A stretch of 64,000 bases of DNA, taken from Sphaerodactylus townsendi (taxonomy: Eukaryota). Shown in pieces: positions 1 through 12,150 of this stretch; position 1 is the stretch's first letter, and every line of letters begins with the position of its first letter. Position numbers and translations under genes: made by a program. The stretch lies in NCBI RefSeq assembly GCF_021028975.2, contig NC_059430.1, forward strand, positions 43,958,001-44,022,000. The letters run 5' to 3'. The notes beneath the pieces are model-generated. The model was not told the origin of the DNA, did no database searches, and saw only the letters and a list, made by a program, of their open reading frames with translations.

Positions 1-654
1 CAGAAATAATGGAAAGTCTGTGTATAAGCAACATTCCATCAGGGCTGACAAACTCAGGTTGGGGTCTAGAGATCTGCAGAAGAGATCTCTACTAACATCA
101 GTCCCCCTGAAGACAATGCCAGCTTTGGAGCGGAGAACGCTATGGTATGTATCCTACTGAGGTACCTCCTTTCCCCAAGCCCTCTCCACTCGGAGTTGAC
201 AACTCTGTCCCACACCCACAAATTCTGCAAACCCCAATGTCATTAAATCTATTGTTTTGTCACTCGCTACTTATGATTCTAAAGTTCCTCTTTTCACCAG
301 AGATTAGCCATACCTAATAGCATAAAATACATACAGTAATCTCTGGATTTATAGCATTAATGGCAGTAATGTACAGCCTCACTACAGTGAGATGTTTGGG
401 CTGAACCACTTCAGAGATTGTATTGGGGGCTTATATGATTGAATATGCAGAAATAATGGATTCAGTCATAATGGATTCAATCATATGTTGGGAATGTTCT
501 TGGTACAAGGAAAACTAGCATGTTTGGGACAAGGATAGGCTAAATTTGTATAAGTTGCCTCATGAGATCTGGATCATTGTAAAACTGCACAAAAGCAAGA
601 AAATGGTTCTCATGTCTCCCAGAAATGATGATTGTAAGAATTCCTAAGAAAGAC

Positions 655-1612
655 AATGTGTTATAGTGTCTAAAAGTGGTAGATTATACTCTGGAGAAGC
701 GGGTTCAATTTCCTACTATTCCACATGAAGCTTGCTGGGTGATCTTGGACCAATCATAGTTCTTGCAGAACTCTCTCAGCCCCAGGGGAGGCAGGCAATG
801 GTAAAATAACTGTAAACATCTCTTGACTTCAGAGGTGTACAGGGGCCAAATGGCACCCGGAGGCAAAGCCCTCTCCGGGTGCCCCCTCGGTGGAGCACCG
901 CTAACTTACGAGTAAGCCCCGCTTCCCAGCCCAGCAGCCAGGATGCCAGTTTTTCTGGCATCCCAACTGCTGCGCAAGAAGGGGAGCCGACGGCAGCCCC
1001 TCTTCGCAGCCCAGCAGCCGGAACGCCAGTTTCTCTGGTTTCTCAGGCTCCCAGTTCTTCCCTCCCCAGCTGGGGAAGACAGGACTGAGTGCCCCAGTGG
1101 CCAGCTCAGCTTTTCGCCTTCTTGAAGGCAAGAAGCAGAGCCAGCCTTCGGGGCTGTAGGGGCACCCACCCACTCCTTCCCTCTCCAGCTGGGGAAGGGA
1201 GAACTGGGCGCTCTGGTGGCCAGCTCAGCTTCTTACCTCCTGCCAGAGGCAAGAAACTGAGCCGACCACCAGGGCTGCAAGGGCTCCAAGTCCAATGGCC
1301 AGCTGAGCTTTGCGCCTCTGGCTGAAGGTGAGGAGCTGATCAGGGCGCCAGGCACCACGATCTGCAGACAGTTCCTAGGGACTGGCAGCCGGCTGCAGGC
1401 CACATGCCCGGCTCAGCTCCTCGCCTCTGGCCAAAGGTGCAAACCATTTGGTGACATGGGGAGCAATTCAGTGCCCCCCACATGACCAAAAGGCATGTGC
1501 CTGGCAACATGGGATACCCCATGTCCCTTGGGCCATTACGCCTCTACTTGCCTTGAAAACCCTTCGGGGTCACTATACGTCATCTCTGACTTTGCACCAC
1601 TTTCCACAAAAT
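655..1612 (+). mobile_element. tRNA-derived SINE (squamate type), split by a nested hAT MITE
   Basis: tRNA-like head (tgtgttatagtg...gggttcaatttcc), CORE-like body (gctgggtgatcttggac) and tail (cttgccttgaaaaccc...gggtcactata) that resumes after the insertion at 830-1546. Boundaries approximate. Confidence 0.6.
830..1546. mobile_element. non-autonomous hAT-type DNA transposon nested in the SINE
   Basis: Imperfect terminal inverted repeats cagaggtgta / tacgcctcta. 8-bp target duplication cttgactt (822-829) / cttgcctt (1547-1554). Internal GC-rich repeated blocks (ccagctggggaag and ggccagctcagct each occur twice). Confidence 0.65.
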
Positions 1613-3062
1613 GACCCAATCTCTAACCATCATATACTTCTCTCAACTACTATTTTTACCCAGCATGCAAAGCATTTCGATAAACTACTCACATTCATAA
1701 ATGGGCCTTGAAAACAAATGAGTGCATCTGAGTGGAAGTTCCTTATGCTGGGCTTTTTGGACTCAAGACCTGCTGAAGCTGTTTGGGAGCTTGTACTGGC
1801 ACAGCTTGCTGTTGCTGCACCCCAAATAAATCCTTCAAAGTGTCTAAATTGATCAGTAAAGTAGAATTTCGGGGTGGGTGTGTATTCTTTTTTTCAAAGA
1901 AACTGAAAGCCCTGAAAATGTTTTGCCAAAGAAACCTATTCTGCAAAGGATCCCAAAGCAAGAGTTTAAATAAAATATTATTATTATTACTCTTTCCAGT
2001 GAGGGTGTGTATGTATATATGCAGAAGTGACTGAGCAGTTGTTGAGAATAATCCTAATAAAGGAGCAAAACAATTCTCATCCTTGGATGAATTCAGAGTT
2101 TTTGCCAGCCCTTCAATTCCCCATTTCTCCCCAGCTAGTGTAGCCAAAAATTCTAACAAGGAGATTGCTAGCAAAACTTCAAAAAGATACTGTGCTGCAA
2201 GCTGAATGGAGTCTGGCCATGTGAAGGAACTGCTTCTACTCTGTGGCAATAGTATTATTATTTTAAAAAGATAAACTTCTAGAACATTTAAAATAACCCT
2301 GTACAAATAAATACCCACATCTTTCGAAGTACAAGATCCTGAGCATGTGGTGTGGGAGGGGCACACCAAAGCCAGGTCACAGAAATAGATAATTTATCAC
2401 AGAACAAGAATGGTGTGGTGCTATATGTTCCAGACAGACCAATTCCCATCCACTGCTGAGAGCATCACTAGGATTCAGGTACTTTTAAAGGCATGGCCTT
2501 TAATACCTAATTATTGGCCTCATTTAGCTTGGCAAAATACAGGCTCTGGTAGCATTTTCTTCCTTGGCTGACTACAGTTCCATCATGGCCACTCTCTTTA
2601 TCTAGCTCAGTGCTGTGAGAGTCAAGGTCCTACACGATGTTTCAAATTGGAGATTTGGAAATTGGTTCCCATGTACTGCTGCAAAAACTCTGTGTGTAAA
2701 ATAAAACAAGAGTCCACTGGCCCCTTAAAAGACCTTGAAGTGTAGGTGTATGTACAAAAAACGCAACTCACACTTCCATTTTTGGGTTGGGACATTAAAT
2801 AAGCAATTTCAGAGGCATCCCCCTCAAAAAAAAGTATATCTAATGTGTTGATGGTCTGCCCTGTGTAGGCATCAAACCACAGAAGTGTTGACAATTCACA
2901 TTAAACTGGCCCAGCTCTTGTTCCCATCAGCCATATGCAATGACTGAGTTTCACTGTCTTGGAGCTGTGGGGATTGGGGCATGAAAAAATCCTGACTCAA
3001 TACAACGGTAACATTTAGAAAAGAAAATAATGCTATATTGTAAGTATTAATTTCAGTCCTTG

Positions 3063-6000
3063 TCACTGTTCGCCAAACTTTTTTGCAGGAGTGAAGAAGT
3101 TGGCCTTTAAAGGTGATGCTGACTCCCTGATATCCCAGAGCACTGATGTTTTTCTCTTCAAGGACAATGCTTTCCTGTTCTCTAAAAGTTCACAGATTTC
3201 ATCCATGGGTCTTACACAGGCTTCCAGGTTTTCTGCCAGCTTCTGTACTTTGGCCTTGAGAACAACATGGCTTACTTTTGTCACCTCTTTTGTGTATTCT
3301 GGGACCAGGAAGCCCCGCGAGCCACAGAAGACCATGAAGCAGACGGAATTGTACAGTGAGAGTGAAGCGTTTCTTTCAGCCTGCAGTAAAATAGGGTCTG
3401 TTGGGCCTTGACTATGGTGTAGGAATTCCAGGCAGTTCATTATTTCTCTCATCTGGCTGTGACAGGTCACTGCAATCTCCTTCACCCTTCTCACCTCTCG
3501 AGAATTGGCCAGAACTACTGAGATATCGGAAGTCACAGTGACTGCTCCTCCTGCAGCGGCCACTCCTAAACCCACACCAGAAGCCAAAAGAGATGCTCCT
3601 AGTGTAACGGGGCTCAAGGACAGTCCCACAATGGCTGTGATGGTTCCAGCCACGCTTAAAGAACTCCCTGTGAGGTTGGCTAGCAGTGAGCATCTGTGCA
3701 GTTTGTTGAGTCTGTGTGAAATCTCACGAAGGTTCTTGATGCACTCACGGAGCCTGTTTCTCTGATCCAGCAGTATATCATGGAAACGATCTGTAGGATC
3801 AAGAGTGTAGGAAAAAAGATTGCCCTCCATGACCTTGACAGGAAACAGAAAAAAAGAAGGGCATTTAGAAAGGGAGTCATGCATTCTGGAAGCCAACCCA
3901 TCTTGGGGATTAAAAAAATCCTTGTGCCTTAGTGTGGTATACATAGTACAATGCTCTTTCCTGGCGCTAGATTTTTGTCTGACATATTTTGCTCTTTGGA
4001 AACTGAATGCACAGCTACATTGTCCAAAAACACTGAATTTAAGTTCCTTTTAGGTTTCTTGGAACAACTATCCAGTTTTGTTCTGCCACTGAGACTTGCC
4101 TTTGCAGGGGCATCTGCAGCCAATTGTACTCTATCTGAAGTCCTGAGTTCAGAACTTTGCACACTCTCAGAGGCTATGACTTCTTTTGGTCTTTGCTTAT
4201 AGGAAACTGAAGCACCAAGCATCCTCTCATCCCTGCACGATGCTAAGTGACCTTGTACTCTATATCTAATTTTCCCAACCAAAGAGGGTTGTTGTGTCCC
4301 ACCATTTTGGGTAACAATAGATACAACCCGAACATCTGGTATTTGGCGTCCTCTTTCTAGTGAGCAGCTAAGACATAAACCCTCATCCTGTTGATCACTA
4401 GCATCTCTCTTTCTAGAAATGTATCCACATGAGATGTCCCTGGCCAACAATATGGTTTCTCCATGAGGTAACTGAATGTACATAGCTGCGGCCCTTCCAC
4501 AGCCCTGGGGCTCTCCTCAGGAAAAAAACCCGGGAACAGAAACATCTTTTAAAAAATAGTCAATATGATCAGCACCATAAATGTAGCTGTTGTGCCAATA
4601 TTATCACTGTGTTTGCATGAAAAGTGTATAAATGTTTGCTTCATCCATCATCTGAGGAAGGCAACCCCCCCCCCCCACACACACACACACACATAGACCA
4701 TTGAGCATGACTTTGGGAGACCACTCAGTGCTGAGGAATGAGACGAAGACCCCCAAGTTCAGTATTTCCTCAAGAACATATTAGTTTCCTATCATAGGTC
4801 TCTTTGGGTATATAACCCTGGAAGGCAGAAGTTTTTCATCCAAGGAATTTTGGCTACAGTGCATGAAGACAGAGGTAGCCCTACAATGAGAAAAGGTGAG
4901 GTGACTTTCTCAGATGACAGGTGTGGAGGGTCATTTAGGGCTGCATAGTGGGAAATTGATAGATCTAAGCTACAGTGATAGCTGTATAGATCTAAGCTAC
5001 AATTTCCTTCCAGGAAATTAATTTCAGTGGGGCTAATGCAGGAGATATTCTCGGTACATTCTGCCTTACTCATATAATGGAAGTTCAGTTTTTGCAAGAA
5101 CAAAAGTGACTTGATGCCTATACCATTCCCTTTCAGTTCCATTCTCCTGTGCCCTCTACACTAAAAACTTCATTTATTTATGGCTGTCTCATATTTCCTC
5201 AAAGAACGTAAAAAGTGAATTCCAGCCCCCTTTTGCAAGTATCCCATTGAAGTGACCTGCGTTTATCAGGATAGGCTGGGTAATTTTCCCAGATCGCTAT
5301 TTTTAATGCAAACAAACTTCCTCTTCATATTAATACAACAGTAGCTTTCCAAAAATGGTGCTTCTCTATGTGGAAAAAATAAAATAATATTCGGGCACTT
5401 GCATTGACTGCCTGAATGTTCTTTTACTTTTTTCTTTTTCAGTATGTTGCTATTCTGCATTTCTGAAAAATGCTTCCCTGGCTGTCATTTTTTGGTACTT
5501 TTGAGACTCTTTTTAAGACCAAGCAAATCTAAAGCTTTCATGACTGAAACTGACAGGTTATTGTGGGTTTTTTGAGCTGTGTGACCATGGTCTTAGTTCC
5601 TAATGGTTCACTCACAGATGCGGGCAAAACATTAGGAGTTAAAATTACCAGACCATGGCCACACAGCCCAGAAAACCCACCTACAAGCAAGTCTCCTGTC
5701 TCCATATCCAGTGTATGCAAGCACTACAGTTCCTATCTAATATCGCAGATTCATGTTTGACAGTCCCTCCATGTTTTCACTGCACTACAGCTTGCCACAT
5801 GGAGAGAAGGAGTGTTCAAGAGCTCCCCAAGAGCTTCAAGAGGAGCTTCAAAAGGAGAAGAAAAGGTAGGCAATTTAAGTTAGTAACCAGTTTCATATAC
5901 TACAGTGTAACTGGAAGCTTGCACAGCTTCTTTCTCAAGTTCTCCTCATGAGTAGAAGAGCTTGTGTGGCTTAGGGGATAGATGGTGGGACTAAAAGTAA

Positions 6001-6633
6001 ATACCGGTAGATAAATGCAAAATACATATAAAATGCCTAGTTCTTTTTAGCAAATGAGCCTTATCTAATATCCCATTGTAATTTGCAAAATTAGACTTAT
6101 ATAATGATTATCATATTCTAATTAATGATCAGCTCAGTTTCAATCCTAGGGATACTTTTTGGGGAACAAGCCTCACCTTTAATGTGGGGTTTACTTCTGA
6201 GGAGATCTGCTTAGGATTGCTTCCTTTATCTGAGTAACAATTTGCCTCTTGGCTCACCTTTCTACAACTCTGAAAAATATATATTATTTGTTCCAAAAAA
6301 GGAAATACAAAATCTTTATTCAATATTCATGAGAATGAGCTTTGAACTTTATGAAATTTTGAAGTTCATTGATCGCTTGAAGTTACAAAACACCATCATT
6401 AATTATTTAAAATAAAGCCATCTAATAAATTATATGTATGTTTGAAACTGACTTTATATTCAGCTGAAAAATCAGAATAAAGTGGCATAAAAGTCAGCAA
6501 CCTTTTAAAGCAAACTCAATTTTTTTATACTGATCAGAAACAAAAATATTAGATCCAAGTAAAAGTAGCTAGGTAAGGCTCCAAAGTATTCTTAAGCAAA
6601 GCAAAAAAATAATCCACCTACCTTTCTTGTCAT
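3063..6633 (-). CDS. APOLD1: Apolipoprotein L domain-containing protein 1 (VERGE); exons 6633-6622 (MTRK) and 3833-3063; 260 aa
   Basis: Exon 2 translation (RFHDILLDQRNRL...SLLANLTGSSLS...AIVGLSLSPVTLGASLL...SLYNSVCFMVFCGSRGFL...VLKAKVQKLAENLE) matches vertebrate APOLD1. A polypyrimidine tract + AG precedes 3833. A tiny phase-0 first exon ATG ACA AGA AAG|gtaggt sits about 50 nt below a TATA box, as in the mammalian two-exon layout. Exon 1 is inferred. Confidence 0.93.
5558..5685. mobile_element. Penelope-like element terminal remnant with inverted arms
   Basis: gtgggttttttgagctgtgtgaccatggtc ... gaccatggccacacagcccagaaaacccac form inverted arms; central gatgcgggcaaaacattagg. Same family as 9785-9880, 30860-30950 and 50040-50235. 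Confidence 0.55.
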
Positions 6634-6681
6634 ATCAGCGTTCCCACAAGAAAATGTCAGGCTGTTTCTGGACAAGGCCAA

Positions 6682-6991
6682 TTTATACTCCCACCCCCTC
6701 CCAGTCCTATTGCCCCAGTGGGACTGCTTTGCATCATACCAGGAATTTGTCGTTTCCTGACCCACACTCACAGTTTGGCTTTCAGAAGGATGTGACACAC
6801 TGGAAACTGACCATGGGGACAGAGCATCATGTGTCACGTTCAGGAAACAATACTTCCAAGTGAACATTGTGTGTTCACTTTTCCTGAAGCACATTTACCA
6901 AATACGTTCTATTCCTGACACTAAGCAGATGCTGTCATATCCCAAAAGGAATACACAATCCTTCCCTTTCTTGAAATAACTGGTGACGTTA
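6682..6991 (-). promoter_or_regulatory. APOLD1 proximal promoter
   Basis: TATAAA on minus at 6687-6682. CRE-like sites at about 6833-6839 and TGACGTTA at 6984-6991. Several GGAA cores. Confidence 0.55.
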
Positions 6992-9035
6992 TGCATTATT
7001 TCTCAAAGAAACCAGTGCCTGCCAGCCAGGAGACTGATTGACTGAATTCTTACAGTTGTATACAATTGTCAAGAAAATAAAGTATGATCTCAGCCATCTA
7101 TCAAATTTACTTAGTCTGTTTCTTTCATAAACAGAACTTTTATAGAGATTCTGCTCTATGCTTGGCTGAGGCATGCAGGAAGCAAGAAAGCAAGTTGTTA
7201 TTGTAGTTATCAACAGTGCCATCCTAAACACTACTCAGAATCCTACCAAAGGCTACTGAATGAGGTTTACTCCCAGGAAAGTAGTCTTAGGATTGAATTG
7301 TATCCCGTTTACTTCACTGAACTGTAAGAATTCATGGCTGATGAGCAAGGATGTAACAACTGTCAGGATGCATGGTGGCCATTTTAAATTTTAACTAGTG
7401 ATTTGCCATGCTACAATAGAAGCCAGTGTGACAAATCGGGGGGGGGGGGGTGGTTGAGTTTATACTGTGGCAGCAGAGCATTTTTCTGATACCTTGGTTT
7501 GCTACAGATGGATGGTAGTGCACTTACGTGGGCATCACTTCAACAAACAATTAATTTCAGTGCCATCTGAGATTAACTAAAACAACTCTCTTTAGATCCC
7601 ATTAACTGATAATAAGCCAACTTATACAAGGCATAGTATGTAGTACACGAAGGAGAAAGCAAGTGCACTGGAAGAGATGCTTACAGATCAGAACTCCAAA
7701 TGACATGTGCAGCATGGAAAAGGGAAGGCACCCACTGGCTAACCAACCTGATTGGGTTAAATTCCTTCTTGAACCTAACTGGCAGTCAATCAAACCCCCT
7801 CCAAAATAACCCCACCCCAAAGAAAATATCTTTCTTTTTAAAAAATCATTTTCCTCCATCTTCCTCACTGAATAATGATAGTCTTGCCCTGTATTTTTGC
7901 TCCATTTTCCACATGACATACTTTCCCCTTCATGGTCTTAGGACTATTGATGGTGCAAGGGTAGAGATGAGAAAAAAATAAAAAAGACAGAAACCCTGCA
8001 GTCCACAAACAGGGAAGAGCAGCAAAACAGAAGTCACATGGAGAGAAAGAAAGAGAAGGTTTCCAGGCAACAAAGTGAAAGGGGGAATGTAGCCAGAATG
8101 GGACCATATTGCACTCTTCCCCATCAAATATGGAAGCAGCAGGAAATAAAATTAAAAGGAGACATTCTCGGAGGAAACCTCACAATCTGCAAAACAGAGG
8201 TAGCATAGGAATGAAGAAAGAGAGGATTGCTGGGCAGCAAAGTGGTTGGTTGATAGTAGCCAGAACCGGACCATCTTGCACATTCCCTCAGCAACCACAC
8301 CTTGTAAATTTGTACCTTGTTTATATTATAAGGCTAAATAACGGCAGCCACGTGCCTGCCACCATCAGCAGAATTACTGTGATGTCATAGAATGTTTGCC
8401 ACAGCATCCAGAATAGAACAAGTATGGGAAAAGAAGTATACACATTCCAGATTGACTCACCAATCTGTTTCTAGGGCTAATGAGAAATAGCATTGCTATT
8501 TCTCTTTTGCAGAACTCACATGCCTTTGACAGTTGTATGATAACAGGCAGGTGTTTACAGGTATATCTTTCTCCATCATTGTATCTCTGCAGCCTATGCA
8601 GAAGTCCCATCAGTGTCTCTCCACCTGATCACCGAATAGACTGCAGGGGACAAACACACAGAGAAAGTGCCCGAGCATATGCTCCCTTCCCATGATCAGC
8701 AATGCTGGTTGTGCAATGTTGCCGATCACTGAAAGAGTGTGCGTGCGAGCACTTCCTCTAAACATCTGCCCCTTCTAACCACTTTGTGATTTTATAGAGG
8801 TGGAGCCAGGCTGCATTTACCTGCTCTCCTTTCTTGTGTAGTAAATGAACACACGAACAGGAAGTCTCCGCAGAGCTCCTGTCTTTCATGCAATTCTTAA
8901 ACATACTGACATCTTACCAAGAAGACAATAGCAACCCTAATTAAAATAGGGTAGGGTGGGCTACAAGAGATTATGGAGAAGCACATATTCTCCTTCCTTG
9001 ATCTCCTGCTGTGTGGCATGTTCCATACACTAATT

Positions 9036-9221
9036 CAGTGGTTCTCAACCTGGGGGTCGGGACCTCTTTGGGGGTCAAACGACCCTTTCACAGGGGTCGC
9101 CTAAGAATCTCTGCATCAGTGTTCTCCATCTTTAAAATGGATAAATGGTAGGGTTGGGGGTCACCACAACATGAGGAACTGTATTAAAGGGTCACGGCAT
9201 TAGGAAGGTTGAGAACCACTG
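9036..9221. mobile_element. SPIN/URR1-like hAT MITE
   Basis: TIRs CAGTGGTTCTCAACCT / AGGTTGAGAACCACTG. TSD cactaatt / aactaatt. Subterminal sequence (gaccctttcacaggggtcgcctaaga; ggttgggggtcaccacaacatgaggaactgtattaaagggtc) matches my recollection of the URR1/SPIN non-autonomous consensus. Confidence 0.85.
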
Positions 9222-11188
9222 AACTAATTGGATGCTGCTTGCACTGTACAATCCGTTGCAAGATCTCACTTCTGCTGATTCAACACAAACTTTGTGGGTT
9301 CAAGTGGGCTCTTTATAAACTGAGGAATTAAATTATGGTTTGCCATTTAAGATAAGGGATAAAATTGCCGCTGCCAAGCTTGTTAGATTTACAGATAGAC
9401 TTCAAAAGGAAAAAACAGTCACCACTATTGATACTTATTCTTCATGGGTTTAGAATTAAGTAGCTTTTTAAAACATGAATCTTTTATTATGCTAATGCCT
9501 GACTGATATTTTACCAAATGGTTTTAAATTAGGAGATAAGAAATTGCTACTAAAAGGGAAGAAATTGATTTAGCAGCTTTAAAATGCTGGGTTTAAAAGA
9601 AAGGACTTTATTTGGAATGTTGTTAAAATAATATTTGTCATCAATAGGCTTTGCTTATGCAGTTAATATATTAAGCAATTCATTGGATAAGTACTAAATT
9701 GTAAAAATGGGGGGAGGACGATTACAGGCATATTTTTGTTGTCTGTAATTTGGCAAAACAGAACTTTTCCCATTTTATGTATTGTCGATGGCTTTCACGG
9801 CCGGTTTCAACTGGTTGTGGGTTTTCTGAGCTGTGTGGCCGTGGTCTGGTAGATCTTGTTCCTAATGTTTCACCTGCATCTTTAGGGGTGTATCACAGAG
9901 AGAAGTCAGTTACACACTGTGTCCAGTTTTCCCGTTCTGTTTTTTAAAAGAGAATTTAATTATGAAGAATTTAGACTTTTCAAATATAGGCAAACAAGTT
10001 AGTGCATCCCTAGAACTTGATTGCTTGCAGCCAAAAGACATTGGTTTTGTTGGCTTCCATGCGTGGTAAAACTTCACCTGTGATTCACAAACAAAGGGAA
10101 ACACAAACCAAACCTATAAAATAAACCATGAACCAAAGAGTTAAGAAAAGCTGAGAGAATATTAAAACCCTCAGTATATACAAAACAATTTTCTTACCCT
10201 GTGCCCTCAAGAATTATAGTAAAAACATTCACATCCATTTAAAATTGTGGAAATTCAATGAAAACATAAACCCAGAAGTTACATCTCCAGTAATGCCTGG
10301 CCTGATGGGTCAGGTCAATCTTGGCAACAGTTTGTGTGCTATTAGGTTAATCTTCATAACAGTTCATGTGCTATTATTGTGTTTTTAATGGTATTATTGG
10401 AGATACAACTAATCAGGTCTGGGAAGTAGAGCAAAATTCTCATCATGATGGAGCATTGCTTGATGGTTAAGTATTTGTACACACCATTAAGTTACTGTTG
10501 TTTGTGTTCATCACACCCAGTGCAAAAGAATTTCAGAAAGATGAGAGGGAGCTACTGTTACGTTATCCCTGGGAATAGCGAATGGATCAGTATGGCACAA
10601 ATTCTGAAATGAATAGGCTGGGAATGAAGCCTGCTTGGAAATGGCACACTGCCTGAAGAGGCCTAGTTTCTCTAGTCCCAGAAAGTATATGAGTAAGCTG
10701 TGGTTGTGCAATGAGAAACTTAGTCTGCATAAACTCAGAGGTACTCTGGTAATTATTGAATAAATAAAAGATTTAAAAATGGACATAAGACAGCACGAGG
10801 AGCCCTTGGTGATTTCCTGTGATGTTTCTCAAACCTCCTTTGTTCTTGTCTTTCCCAAAACATCCCCATTATTGTGGATTTCCCTCCTGTGCAGACAGGA
10901 ACATGCAGATTGCCAAACTTTCTTGCTCATATCTGGCTTCATTTTTCCTCCCTTTAGTCTTGTGGCTGCTGTTCACCCCACCCACCCCCACAGCTATCAG
11001 TGGGGTTTTAGGCTGGCTTTTAAAAACCTGTAGCAGGTATGGCATGTAGAAGTATAGCACCATAACACCATTGATGTTATGTGCACTGAGGTCCAGATAG
11101 GAAACATGTTCTGCCCAGAAAGCAAAATCCAGTCCTCCAGAGGTCGGTTCTGTGCAGCTGATTTGCTACTTCCGGTCGATTCTTGCAG

Positions 11189-11302
11189 GCTGAGCTGACC
11201 GTCACTGAGAGCGTGCAAGGGATCCTGGACGTTCTTTCCAAACTCAGCGATGAACACAACGGCGCCTTCCTTGACTAGAAGGGAAGCAAGGTGTCTTGGT
11301 GA
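11189..11302 (+). pseudogene. terminal exon of a C-factor/CsgA-like short-chain dehydrogenase with a premature stop
   Basis: After acceptor ttcttgcag the frame reads AELTVTESVQGILDVLSKLSDEHNGAFLD*KGSKVSW*, the typical C-terminus of vertebrate C-factor-like SDRs. TAG at 11276-11278 replaces the usual Trp codon. AATAAA at 11438-11443. No upstream exons found. Confidence 0.8.
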
Positions 11303-11617
11303 TATCAGCCGGCTGAGACAGATCTCTTCAGTATCTCAGGCTGTTTCTGTGGCAGATGCCAGGAATCAAGGAAGAGGCTGCAGTGCCACTGCTAAGATTA
11401 CTTCACTTGCTTGGTGGCCAGAACTATTCATTCTGTGAATAAACTCTGCACTCTACTATATCCTCTGTTTTTTCCTCACAACACTATGAGGTAGGGTAGG
11501 CTGAAAGAGAGGAACTGGCCCAAGGTCAGTGAACATAACACAAAGGGGATTTGAACTTGTGGGTCCCAGATCCTAGTCTGACACTCTAAACCTTGACCAT
11601 GTTACCTCCTGTCCTTC

Positions 11618-12150
11618 TGTAACCCCCAAGCTCAGAATGGGTAGACCCAGAAAGGGGTGGAGTCCCAAAGCAGGAGGAGGCTGCAGAGCTCATGTAGTTT
11701 GGAGGAGACAAGGCTACCAGACTCGGACCTTGATTGGTATAAGCCCTTAACACCTTGTTAAGGTAACTGCAATGTTGTTGGGAACTACTGGGAAGGTAGT
11801 TGTTTATTTTTGCTATGTTGTAAATGTTGGAGTTTATTGTTTCAGGGTTTTTTATGTTTGTAATGGGTGAGAGTTCTCCTGGAAACCTTCATCATGTTGA
11901 ATCCTGTTCATCAAGCCCTTGGAGTCTTCAGGAGCCAACCCACTTGCAAAGAATAACTGGACTTGGCAGTATCAGTAGACTGTAAATATAAGGACTTGAA
12001 AATGCAACCTGAACAGGACCTTGAAGTGTGATGTTAAATGTTGATGTGATATGTTATATGTTAAGAAAATAAACCATTTTGTTTTTTTAAAATTGTTGTT
12101 GCAAACTCATTCCAAGTTCTGCCCCACAGAACCCGCAAGCTGAGGTTACA
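11618..12150 (+). mobile_element. solo LTR (Gypsy/ERV type)
   Basis: Termini TGTAACC...GGTTACA, 4-bp TSD cttc/cttc, TATA-like gtataag at about 11738, AATAAA at about 12068. Confidence 0.8.

Noticed and set aside
1743-2369. 208-aa minus ORF downstream of APOLD1
   Set aside because: It lies in the AT-rich presumptive 3' UTR, has no recognisable domain, and its Leu/Phe/Ile bias is expected from base composition.
3834-3944. ORF-track start MYTTLRHK for APOLD1
   Set aside because: It crosses a clear polypyrimidine tract and AG acceptor; homology begins at VMEGN.
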